Assembly (NCBI GenBank): GCA_036500965.1
Contig: DASYBC010000155.1
Location: 1,230 to 65,229 of the forward strand
Length of the DNA stretch: 64,000 nucleotides
From: Stellaceae bacterium
Lineage (GTDB): Bacteria; Pseudomonadota; Alphaproteobacteria; ATCC43930; CGMCC-115725
Direction: 5' to 3'
Shown here piece by piece: positions 1 to 8,302 of the stretch. Position 1 is the stretch's first letter; every line of letters begins with the position of its first letter. The notes beneath the pieces were generated by a model. That model worked only from the letters and a program-made list of their open reading frames with translations, was not told the DNA's origin and made no database searches. A program made the translations under genes and the position numbers.

Positions 1-126
1 GGCTGCTTCGGCGGCGGCGGCGGCGAGTGCTGCGATCGTGTCGCGATCGACGGCGTTGAGGATTTCCGGCCGGTTCAGGACGATCTCCAGCACTGCGCCG
101 CGTCGTTCGACGATCACCTTAGGCAT
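1..126 (-). CDS. enoyl-CoA hydratase/isomerase (crotonase) family protein, N-terminal fragment; gene runs off the window start
   Basis: Reverse translation from the ATG at 126-124 gives MPKVIVERRGAVLEIVLNRPEILNAVDRDTIAALAAAAAEAA, a typical crotonase-fold N-terminus. Absent from the ORF track because it is truncated by the window edge. Confidence 0.5.
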   Translation of the reverse strand, partial: MPKVIVERRGAVLEIVLNRPEILNAVDRDTIAALAAAAAEAA

Positions 127-185
127 TGCTCGGCTCCCCGTCCGCTCAGGCTTATCATGCGGCGCCTTTCTGCGGAGACCATAGC

Positions 186-1673
186 ATGGCCCACACGATC
201 CTGCGCGGCGGCCGGGTGCTCGACATCGCCGCGGGCACGGCCGAGCTCGCCGACATCCTGATCGAGGGCGACACGATCCGCGAGATCGGTCCGCCCGGCT
301 GCGCCGCACCCGAAGGGGCGATCGAAATCTCCGCTGTCCGCCGACTGCTGCATCCGGGCCTGGTCAACGCCCACACCCATGGCCACGGCAACCTCGCCAA
401 GGGCATGGGCGACCGCTGGACGCTCGAATTGCTGCTGACCGCGGCGCCGTGGATCACCGGCAACCGCAGCCGCGACGACCGCTATCTGTCGACCCAGCTT
501 GGCGCGGTCGAGATGGTCATGAAGGGCTGTACGGCGTGCTATGATCTGTCGTTCGAATGGCCGCTGCCGACAGTCGAAGGGCTGGCGCTGACGGCGCAGG
601 CCTATGCCGATGTCGGCATGCGCGCGGTGCTGGCGCCGATGGTCGCCGACCGCAGCTTTTACGAGGCGATCCCCGGGCTGATCGAGGCGATGCCATCGGC
701 ATTGCAGGCGTGCGTCGCCGAATTGCGGCTGCCGCCGGCCGAGGCCACGCTTTCGGCGATCCGCGCCGCATTCGCCGATTGGCGGTTCGACCGCGACCAG
801 ATCCGCCCGGCAGTCGCGCCGACGATCCCGCATCATTGCTCCGACGGGTTCATCCGCGGCTGCGCCGAACTCGCCCGCGACTTCGATGTCGGGCTGCACA
901 GCCATGTCGCCGAATCGAAAGTGCAGGCGGTGACCGGCGTTCGGCTCTACGGCATGACCCAGACCGCGCATCTCGACCGGCTGGGTGTGCTCGGGCCGCA
1001 TTTCACCGTGGCGCACGGGGTTTGGCTCGACGATGACGACATGGCCCGGCTCGGCGGCCACGGCGCTTCGGTCGCGCACAATCCCGGCAGCAACATGCGG
1101 CTTGGCGGCGGGCTCGCCGACAGCCGGGCGATGCTCGAACGCGGGGTCAATCTCGGCATCGGCACCGACGGCGCCAATTGCTCGGACAATCAGAACATGT
1201 ACGAGGCGATGCGGCTCGCCTCGTTCGTCTCCAAGGTGCGCGGGACTGACTGGCGGCGCTGGCTCTCGACCCGCGAGGCGGCGCTGGCGGCAACCGAAGG
1301 CGGCGCCCGAGCGCTGGGGCTCGAGGGCCGGATCGCGCCGGGCTACAAGGCCGATATCGTCATGCTCGACCTCGACCACCCGAACTGGCTGCCGTTGAAC
1401 GACCCGGTCAACCAGCTGGTCCATACCGAGGACGGCGGCGCCGTCGCCAGCGTCATGATCGGCGGCCGGCTGGTCCTCGACAACCGGCGGCTGGTGAGCG
1501 TCGATCTCGGGCGACTGCGCCAGCGCGTGGAGGCGGCGCGCGACCGGCTCGCCGCCGCCAATGCCGACAACCGCCGCCTTTACGAGGCGCTCGAACCGGT
1601 GGTCGGCAGCCATTGCCCCGCGCTCGCCCGCGCGCCCTACCCCATCGATCGCTACGGCGCGCGCCTCGGCTGA
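186..1673 (+). CDS. amidohydrolase-superfamily protein (chlorohydrolase/aminohydrolase, TRZ/ATZ-SsnA-like)
   Basis: ORF 126..1673. The N-terminus ILRGGRVLD...IEGDTI, the metal-binding NAHTHGH motif and the later HVAES, GTDG and DLD motifs are typical of the family. Start moved to the internal ATG at 186 (MAHTIL). Confidence 0.8.
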   Translation: MAHTILRGGRVLDIAAGTAELADILIEGDTIREIGPPGCAAPEGAIEISAVRRLLHPGLVNAHTHGHGNLAKGMGDRWTLELLLTAAPWITGNRSRDDRYLSTQLGAVEMVMKGCTACYDLSFEWPLPTVEGLALTAQAYADVGMRAVLAPMVADRSFYEAIPGLIEAMPSALQACVAELRLPPAEATLSAIRAAFADWRFDRDQIRPAVAPTIPHHCSDGFIRGCAELARDFDVGLHSHVAESKVQAVTGVRLYGMTQTAHLDRLGVLGPHFTVAHGVWLDDDDMARLGGHGASVAHNPGSNMRLGGGLADSRAMLERGVNLGIGTDGANCSDNQNMYEAMRLASFVSKVRGTDWRRWLSTREAALAATEGGARALGLEGRIAPGYKADIVMLDLDHPNWLPLNDPVNQLVHTEDGGAVASVMIGGRLVLDNRRLVSVDLGRLRQRVEAARDRLAAANADNRRLYEALEPVVGSHCPALARAPYPIDRYGARLG

Positions 1674-1675
1674 GG

Positions 1676-2083
1676 ATGCGGCGCGGAGCGAGGCGTCCGA
1701 CAGCGCTGCTGCTGGCCGCAGTGCTGGCCGGCGTAGCCGCGCCGGCGGCAGCACGGATCGACTGGGCGAAGGCCCGGCTCGTCACCGTGACGGCGGTCGA
1801 TTACCGCTTTGTGCCGAACCGCCTGGTGTTTCGCCGCGGCGTCCCGTATCGGCTGCATGTGGTCAATCGCGGGAAGGAGCTGCACGAGCTGCACGCGCCG
1901 GCGTTTTTGACGACGGCTGTGATCCGCAATCCGGCGGTGCTGAATCAGGAGCGCACCGAAATCGTGCTCCAGCCGGGCGAGCAGAAGGATCTCTATCTCG
2001 TCCCCAAACGGCCGGGCCGTTACGACATGCGCTGCCCCGACCACGACTGGGCCGGCATGACGGGGGACATCACTGTCAAGTGA
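1676..2083 (+). CDS. secreted cupredoxin-like copper-binding protein
   Basis: Signal peptide MRRGARRPTALLLAAVLAGVAAPAAA. C-terminal C-PDH-x4-M (CPDHDWAGM) is type-1 copper ligand spacing. The ATG lies 3 nt after the upstream stop. Confidence 0.6.
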   Translation: MRRGARRPTALLLAAVLAGVAAPAAARIDWAKARLVTVTAVDYRFVPNRLVFRRGVPYRLHVVNRGKELHELHAPAFLTTAVIRNPAVLNQERTEIVLQPGEQKDLYLVPKRPGRYDMRCPDHDWAGMTGDITVK

Positions 2084-2113
2084 TCGGTCTCGGTCGCGGC
2101 GAGGGCCCGTTCC

Positions 2114-2413
2114 TCAGCCGGCGACATAACGGCGCTCGCCGGTCGAGGGATGATAATAGACGGTGACGAACTGGCCGGTTTCGGGATCGACAAAGCGTTC
2201 CTCGGTGGCGATCCACCCAGGCCCCGGGCGACCGTTGGCGACGCGCTTGTAGCGCCAGCGCTCGAACAGAGCGGCGACGAGCAGCACGAGGCCGGGGAGC
2301 GCCAGGCGCCAGGCGACGCCGATGCCGCAGCCGGCCTGCGCGGCTGCCGCCGCAGCCCCTAATAGGGCCAGGCCGATAACCAGCAGTGCCGCGCGCAACA
2401 CCGGCAGGCTCAT
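2114..2413 (-). CDS. small membrane protein, unknown function
   Basis: 99-aa ORF with two hydrophobic segments followed by a soluble tail. No family recognised. Confidence 0.4.
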   Translation of the reverse strand: MSLPVLRAALLVIGLALLGAAAAAAQAGCGIGVAWRLALPGLVLLVAALFERWRYKRVANGRPGPGWIATEERFVDPETGQFVTVYYHPSTGERRYVAG

Positions 2414-2423
2414 CCAGACCCGC

Positions 2424-2750
2424 TCATCCGGGCAGGCGTTCGACGACCGCGGCCGTGTCGTAGGCGACGATCTCGCTCATCGTCTGGCCGATCTCGGCCG
2501 AATCGAAGCGCATCATCAGGATCGCGTTGGCGCCCATCGCGGTGGCGTTTTCGACAAGGCGGTCGATCGCGTGGCGCCGCGCCTCCTCCAGCAGCAAGGT
2601 GTATTCGTGGATTTCGCCGCCGACGATCGAGCGTAGCCCGGCCATCAGATTGCCGCCGAGCCCGCGGCTCCTGACGACGACGCCAAAGCATTGGCCCTTG
2701 ATTTCGGTCACCTGATGCCCGGCGAGGTTTTCGGTGGTGACGACCAGCAT
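2424..2750 (-). CDS. ybjQ: YbjQ/UPF0145 family protein
   Basis: From the internal ATG at 2750 the product reads MLVVTTENLAGHQVTEIKGQCFGVVVRSRG...GANAILMMRFD, which is colinear with the YbjQ family. Confidence 0.8.
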   Translation of the reverse strand: MLVVTTENLAGHQVTEIKGQCFGVVVRSRGLGGNLMAGLRSIVGGEIHEYTLLLEEARRHAIDRLVENATAMGANAILMMRFDSAEIGQTMSEIVAYDTAAVVERLPG

Positions 2751-2951
2751 GCTGTTCTCCCGATTGATGGATGTTGCGGTTTGGTTTGCTTGCCGCTGGC
2801 ATCGCGAGCCTCGGATTGCGGCGTCGTCGTAAGCTCGCTTATGATCATGCTTCCTTACTAAGCTGCAACCCTGCAATGATCAAACGCTTGGTTGCGGGCC
2901 GAGCCGCCGGGGCGCTAGGCTGCGCCGTGAGGTATCGGGAGAGGAGCGGCG

Positions 2952-3737
2952 ATGGCGGCGGGCACGGAATGGACCCGGAGCGAGATCGAGCTGGCCGGGG
3001 GAAAGGTGCATTTCGCCCGCGCCGGCAGCGGGCGCCCGGTGGTGGTGCTGCATCACGACACCGGCAGCCCCGATCGGCTCGAATTTTACGATGCGTTGGC
3101 GACCCGGTTCGACGTGATCGTGCCGCACCACCCGGGCTATGGGAAATCCGAGCGCCCGCAATGGCTGCGCAGCGTGCGCGACGTCGCCGTCATCCACCAG
3201 TGGCTGCTGGCCGATCTCGGGATCGAGCGCGCCTCCTTGGTCGGGCTCGGCTTTGGCGGCTGGATCGCGGCGGAAATGGCGACAATGGCGCCCACCGCGC
3301 TGCACCGGCTGGTGCTGGTGGGTGCCATGGGGCTGAAGCCGCCCGAGGGCGACATCTTCGACCAGGCGATCGTCAGCTATCTCGACTATGCCCGCGCCGG
3401 GTTTCACGACCAGGCCGCGTTCGCCCGGATTTATGGCGATGTGTCGACCGACCAGCTGGTCGAGTGGGACATCTGTCGCGAGATGTGCTTTCGCATCGCC
3501 TGGAAGCCCTACATGTACAGCCAGACGCTGCCGCATCTCTTGGGCGGGGTGAAGGCGCCGGCATTGGTGGTGTGGGGCGACGACGACAAGATCGTGCCGA
3601 GGAGCGCCGGCGAGCTCTATGCGGCGGCATTGCCCAAGGCGCGGTTCGAGATCGTGCGTGGCTCCGGGCATTGCGTCGAGATGGAGCAGCCGGAGGCGCT
3701 GGCGCAGCTGGTCGGCGGCTTTATCGCCGAGAATTAG
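2952..3737 (+). CDS. alpha/beta-fold hydrolase (meta-cleavage-product hydrolase-like), nucleophile position apparently Gly
   Basis: 261 aa with HHDTGS, the nucleophile-elbow region LVGLGFGGW, GDDDKIVP and GSGHCVEMEQPE. Typical alpha/beta hydrolase layout. Confidence 0.8.
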   Translation: MAAGTEWTRSEIELAGGKVHFARAGSGRPVVVLHHDTGSPDRLEFYDALATRFDVIVPHHPGYGKSERPQWLRSVRDVAVIHQWLLADLGIERASLVGLGFGGWIAAEMATMAPTALHRLVLVGAMGLKPPEGDIFDQAIVSYLDYARAGFHDQAAFARIYGDVSTDQLVEWDICREMCFRIAWKPYMYSQTLPHLLGGVKAPALVVWGDDDKIVPRSAGELYAAALPKARFEIVRGSGHCVEMEQPEALAQLVGGFIAEN

Positions 3738-3791
3738 CGCGCCGGCCGGCCGCCGCGGCGCGGCGCTGGACGACAGGAACAGGAGGAAATC

Positions 3792-5033
3792 ATGCATGTG
3801 ATGTATTTCACCGAGCAGCCGATGTCCGCCTATCCGGCCGATATCGGCCTCGAATTCGGCGCCACCGCACTGATGTTCTCGAACAAGTATTACGATCCGG
3901 TTGCCGGCAGCCGACTCTATAACGAATATCTCGAGCAGTACATTTACGCCGAGGAGATGGGCGTCGAAGGCTTCATGCTGAACGAGCACCACAATGCGCC
4001 GTTCTGCATGCAGTCGAAGTGCAACATCTTCGCCGCGATCCTGGCCGCGGTCACGAAGAAAGCGAAGATCGTGCTGCTCGGCAACCCACTGCCGCTGGCC
4101 GAGAATCCGGTGCGGCTCGCCGAAGAATTGGCGATGATCGACATGATCTCGAAGGGCCGCCTCGTCTCGGGTTTTGTCCGCGGCGGCGGCCAGGAGCAGC
4201 TCGCCAACGGGGTCAGCCCGGCCTACAACCGTGAGCGTTTCGAGGAGGCGCACGACCTGGTGGTCGCCGCCTGGACCCGGCAAGGGCCGTTCCGCTGGGA
4301 GGGCACGCATTACCAGCACCGCGTCGTTAATCCGTGGGCGGTGCCATTGCAGAAGCCCTATCCGCGGGTCTGGATCCCGGGCGTGCTCTCCAAGGAGACG
4401 ATCATCTGGGCGGCGAAGCAGCGCTATCCCTATATCGCGCTCAACACCTCGATCGAGGCGACCAAGAACATCTGGAAGCTCTATGACGAGGTCGCGCTGG
4501 AGATGGGCTATGAGGCGGGGCCGCAGAACCGCGGCTATCTGCAGCAGGTCCATGTCTCCGACAGCGAAGAAAAGGCTGAGAAGAATGCCCGCCAGTTCCT
4601 GTGGATGCAGGGCGAGTTCACTGGGCTCGCCCATCCGGTGTGGTCGAGCCCGTCGGGCTATTTCTCGCCGGAGCACCGCCGCCAGTTCGTCGAGTTCGCG
4701 GTCGGCCGGGCGGAGAGCCCGCGCGGGCGCCCAACCTTTGAAAAGCAGGTCGCCGACGGCCGGGTGATCTTCGGCACGCCGAAGACGGTGATCCCGAAGA
4801 TGCGCCACATCCTCGAGGAGACCCGGCCCAGCATCTATGGGCTGTGGGGCAATGACGGCAATGTCAGCAACGAGGATGCGCGCACCTGCATCCGCCTCTT
4901 GGGCCAGGAGGTGATGCCGGCGATGCGCGAGATCGGCAAGGAATTGGGCCTGACCGACCCGTTCGAGGCCGACGCCCCGGTGCACCTCAAATACTCGACC
5001 GATCTCAAGCAGATGCCGCAGGCGGCGGAGTAG
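3792..5033 (+). CDS. LLM-class (luciferase-like) flavin-dependent oxidoreductase
   Basis: 413 aa. The segment MYFTEQP...EEMGVEGFMLNEHH...GRLVSGFVRG follows the luciferase-like monooxygenase pattern. Confidence 0.8.
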   Translation: MHVMYFTEQPMSAYPADIGLEFGATALMFSNKYYDPVAGSRLYNEYLEQYIYAEEMGVEGFMLNEHHNAPFCMQSKCNIFAAILAAVTKKAKIVLLGNPLPLAENPVRLAEELAMIDMISKGRLVSGFVRGGGQEQLANGVSPAYNRERFEEAHDLVVAAWTRQGPFRWEGTHYQHRVVNPWAVPLQKPYPRVWIPGVLSKETIIWAAKQRYPYIALNTSIEATKNIWKLYDEVALEMGYEAGPQNRGYLQQVHVSDSEEKAEKNARQFLWMQGEFTGLAHPVWSSPSGYFSPEHRRQFVEFAVGRAESPRGRPTFEKQVADGRVIFGTPKTVIPKMRHILEETRPSIYGLWGNDGNVSNEDARTCIRLLGQEVMPAMREIGKELGLTDPFEADAPVHLKYSTDLKQMPQAAE

Positions 5034-5050
5034 CGGGGGCGGAGCCAGTA

Positions 5051-5069
5051 CCGCGGGCGTCCCGCCCGC
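5051..5069. repeat. REP-like hairpin (GCGGGCG-TCC-CGCCCGC) upstream of the RAYT gene
   Basis: Perfect 7-bp stem with a 3-nt loop. The same stem recurs in inverted orientation at 5639-5657. Confidence 0.6.
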
Positions 5070-5079
5070 TCTTCCGCCG

Positions 5080-5637
5080 ATGTCGAGCGCCGACCACGCC
5101 GGCTGGCGCTCGCGCGGCTATCTTCCACATCTAGACGCGCCCGAACTCGTCCAGCACCTCGTCTTCCGGCTCGCCGACAGCCTTCCGGCGCGATTTAAGG
5201 ACGAGATCATCGGGTGTCCCCCGGCAACGCGCGCCGAAGCTTTGGACGCGGCTTTGGACCAAGGGCTCGGTCGCCGGGATTTGGCGATCCCGGAAATCGC
5301 GGCTCTCGTGCAACGCGCGCTGCTGCGATTCAACGGCGATCGCTACGCGCTTATCGCTTGGTGCGTGATGCCGAACCACGTCCATTCGCTGATCGAAACC
5401 CGAGAGGGCCATAGGCTCGATCGGATCGTCCATTCGTGGAAATCGTATACAGCCAAAAAAGCCAATCGGCTTCTGGATCGCGCCGGACCTTTCTGGGCGC
5501 CAGAATATTTCGACCGCTATATGCGGGACAACGCGCATTTGGCCGCGACGCGGGCCTACATCGAAGCAAATCCGGTCAAAGCCGGCTTGTGCCGAGATGC
5601 CAGTGATTGGCCGTTTTCGTCGGTGTCGATGCAATAG
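5080..5637 (+). CDS. REP-associated tyrosine transposase (RAYT, IS200/IS605-like Y1 HUH transposase)
   Basis: 185 aa with GYLPHLD, the HUH motif PNHVHSLIE and a C-terminal YIEANPVKAGL. Flanked by REP hairpins. Confidence 0.8.
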   Translation: MSSADHAGWRSRGYLPHLDAPELVQHLVFRLADSLPARFKDEIIGCPPATRAEALDAALDQGLGRRDLAIPEIAALVQRALLRFNGDRYALIAWCVMPNHVHSLIETREGHRLDRIVHSWKSYTAKKANRLLDRAGPFWAPEYFDRYMRDNAHLAATRAYIEANPVKAGLCRDASDWPFSSVSMQ

Positions 5638-5638
5638 T

Positions 5639-5657
5639 GCGGGCGAGACGCCCGCGG
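5639..5657. repeat. REP-like hairpin (GCGGGCG-AGA-CGCCCGC-GG) downstream of the RAYT gene
   Basis: Same 7-bp stem as 5053-5069. The reverse complement GACCGCGGGCGTCTCGCCCGC aligns with the upstream TACCGCGGGCGTCCCGCCCGC. Confidence 0.6.
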
Positions 5658-5771
5658 TCCAAATCGGTGAGCGAGTGGGACCGGATCGCTGGGGTTCCGC
5701 AGGGGCATCTCCCGCGCTAAGGTCCGGGCCGGCGCACCGCACCGAGCGGACTGAATGACGGAGGCCGACGA

Positions 5772-6563
5772 ATGAGCGAGGATTTCGCCGGCAAGATCGC
5801 GTTGGTCACCGGTGGCGGCAACGGGATCGGGGCGGCGACTTGCCGCGCCTTTGCCGGGCGCGGGGCGCGGGTCGCGGTGCTCGATCGCGACGCTGCGGCG
5901 GCCGAGCGTGTTGCGGTCGAGATTACCGGACAAGGCGGCCGGGCCGAGGCGTACCCGCTCGACGTCAGCAATCGCGAGGGCTTTGCCCGGCTCGCCGCGG
6001 CGATCACCGAGAGCGCCGGCGGCATCGACATCCTGGTCAACGGCGCCGGCGTCACGGTGCGGCGCATGATCGGCGAGATGGGGGCCGAGGATTGGGACCG
6101 GGTCATCGCCGTCAACCTGACCGGCGCCTTCAACGGCATCCGCGCGGTCCTGCCGCATCTGCGGGCGCGCGGCGGCGGCGCCATCGTCAATGTCGCCTCG
6201 ATCGCCGGGCAGCGAATCTCGTTTGGCGGCACCGCGAATTATTCGGCGTCGAAGGCGGGCCTCTTGGGGCTGACCCGGCACGCCGCCTATGAACTGGCGC
6301 CCGACCGGATCCGCGTCAACGCGGTGTGCCCGGGCCCGACCGCGACCGCGTTTGGCGGCGCTGCCCCGACCGCGGAGAGCAAGGCGGCGCGCTCGCAGAA
6401 AATCCCGCTCGGCCGCATGTGCGAGCCCGAGGACATCGCCGACCCGATCCTGTTTCTGGCCGGCGACATGGCACGGATGATCACCGGGGTGGCGCTGACC
6501 GTCGATGGCGGCGTCTTGATCAAGAACGACACGCCCTACGAGGAATATTTCCGGCCGAGATAG
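5772..6563 (+). CDS. SDR-family oxidoreductase (FabG-like)
   Basis: TGGGNGIG Rossmann motif, NGAG, catalytic YSASK, PGPT. Confidence 0.85.
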   Translation: MSEDFAGKIALVTGGGNGIGAATCRAFAGRGARVAVLDRDAAAAERVAVEITGQGGRAEAYPLDVSNREGFARLAAAITESAGGIDILVNGAGVTVRRMIGEMGAEDWDRVIAVNLTGAFNGIRAVLPHLRARGGGAIVNVASIAGQRISFGGTANYSASKAGLLGLTRHAAYELAPDRIRVNAVCPGPTATAFGGAAPTAESKAARSQKIPLGRMCEPEDIADPILFLAGDMARMITGVALTVDGGVLIKNDTPYEEYFRPR

Positions 6564-6696
6564 CGGGCGCCCGAAGTTCGGAGCTGGAGCATGCCGCAGC
6601 GGACAGCGGCGCCTTGAAGTCGGCAGCCGCAACAGGCATGGTGCCGGGCGCTCGCGCATTTGGCGCGGAGCGGGATCGGTCGAGGGGCGGCAGTCG

Positions 6697-8241
6697 ATGA
6701 ACGGCGCGGAAAGCCTGGTGCGCACCCTGGTCGGCGGCGGCGTCGATGTGTGCTTTGCCAATCCCGGCACTTCGGAGATGCATTTTGTCGCCGCACTCGA
6801 CCGGGTCGAGGGCATGCGCTGCGTGCTCGGCCTGTTCGAGGGGGTGGTGACCGGGGCGGCCGACGGCTACGCGCGGATGAGCGAAAACCCGGCGGCGACC
6901 CTGCTGCATCTCGGCCCCGGCCTGGCCAACGGGCTCGCCAATATCCACAACGCCAACAAAGCCTCATCGCCGATGGTCAACATTGTCGGCGACCACGCCA
7001 CGTATCACCGCAAATATGACGCGCCCTTAACTTCGGACATCGAGGGGCTGGCGCGGCCGTCCTCGCATTGGGTCAAGACCTCGCCCAGCGCCAAAGCGAT
7101 CGCCGCCGACGGCGCCGCTGCGATCGCCGCCGCGCGCCAATTGCCGGGGCAGATCGCGACCCTGATCCTGCCGGCCGACACGGCCTGGAACGAAGGCTCG
7201 GGCCCAGCCGAGGTGGCGCGCGCCGAGGCGCCGGAGCCGGTGTCGGCGGAGGCGGTGAGCGGAGCGGCGCGCGCGCTGCATTCGGGCGAGCCGTGCCTGA
7301 TCCTCTTAACCGGCCGGGCGCTGCGCGAGGAGGGGCTCGACCTCGCCGGCCGCATCGCCGCCAGGACCGGCGCGCGGCTGATGGCGCAGGGCTCGAACGC
7401 GCGCACCCAGCGCGGCCGCGGCCGGGTGTTTGTCGAGCGGGTCCCTTATGTCGTCGACCAGGCGGTCCGAGTGCTCGCCGGGCTGAAGCACATCATCCTG
7501 GTCGGTGCCAAGATGCCGGTCGCGTTTTTCGCTTATCCCGACAAGCCGAGCCTGCTCTCGCCGCCTGACGCGCAGGGCCATGTGCTGGCCCGGCCGGGCC
7601 AGGATCCGATCGGCGCGCTCGAAGCCTTGGCCGACGCGGTCGGCGCGCGCGCGACCCCGGCGGCAGTGGTCAACGATCGGGCGCCGGCAAAGGCCATTGG
7701 AACGATCACCCCCGAGGCGCTCGGCGCCTCGCTCGGCGCGCTGCTGCCGGAGAACGCGATCGTCGTCGACGAGGCGGTGACGACCGGGCGCGGCTTTTTC
7801 GCGCCGACCCGCGCGGCGGCGCCGCATGACTGGCTCTCCAACATGGGCGGCTCGATCGGCTTGGGCATGCCGCTGGCGACCGGCGCCGCGGTCGCCTGCC
7901 CCGACCGCAAGGTGATCACCTTGGAGGGCGACGGCAGCGCGATGTACACATTGCAGGCGTTGTGGACGCAGGCGCGCGAGGGGCTCGACGTCACCACTCT
8001 CCTATTCTCCAATCGCAGCTACCAGATCCTGAAGGGCGAGCTCGCCAATGTCGGCGCCGGCAATCCCGGCCGAAAGGCCCTCGACATGCTCGACCTCGAC
8101 CGCCCCGACCTCGATTTTGTGTCCCTGGCCAAGGGTATGGGCGTCCCCGGCGCGCGGGTGACGAGCATGGAGGAGTTCAACCGCCGCCTGGCCGACGGGA
8201 TTGCCGCACCCGGGCCGTTTCTGGTCGAGGTGGTGTTCTGA
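6697..8241 (+). CDS. thiamine-pyrophosphate-dependent enzyme (acetolactate synthase large-subunit family)
   Basis: N-terminal GAESLVRTLVGGGVDVCFANPGTSE and C-terminal GSIGLGMP...LEGDGSAMY TPP-binding motif. Confidence 0.85.
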   Translation: MNGAESLVRTLVGGGVDVCFANPGTSEMHFVAALDRVEGMRCVLGLFEGVVTGAADGYARMSENPAATLLHLGPGLANGLANIHNANKASSPMVNIVGDHATYHRKYDAPLTSDIEGLARPSSHWVKTSPSAKAIAADGAAAIAAARQLPGQIATLILPADTAWNEGSGPAEVARAEAPEPVSAEAVSGAARALHSGEPCLILLTGRALREEGLDLAGRIAARTGARLMAQGSNARTQRGRGRVFVERVPYVVDQAVRVLAGLKHIILVGAKMPVAFFAYPDKPSLLSPPDAQGHVLARPGQDPIGALEALADAVGARATPAAVVNDRAPAKAIGTITPEALGASLGALLPENAIVVDEAVTTGRGFFAPTRAAAPHDWLSNMGGSIGLGMPLATGAAVACPDRKVITLEGDGSAMYTLQALWTQAREGLDVTTLLFSNRSYQILKGELANVGAGNPGRKALDMLDLDRPDLDFVSLAKGMGVPGARVTSMEEFNRRLADGIAAPGPFLVEVVF

Positions 8242-8302
8242 GCGGAACCTTCGCGCGCACTGCCGTGTTTCGCGGCCAGGGACCTTCAATTTGTGGCGGC
8301 GA

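Noticed and set aside
114-1754. 546-aa antisense ORF opposite the amidohydrolase. Similar long shadows lie at 2880-4985, 5556-6815, 8384-10837, 11413-12849, 12973-14514, 15680-17218, 23447-25399, 31474-34533, 59103-60905 and 62218-63849.
   Set aside because: Their products are Arg/Pro/Gly/Ala-rich with no motifs. Each lies opposite a gene with clear family signatures. These are the typical stop-free shadow frames of high-GC DNA.
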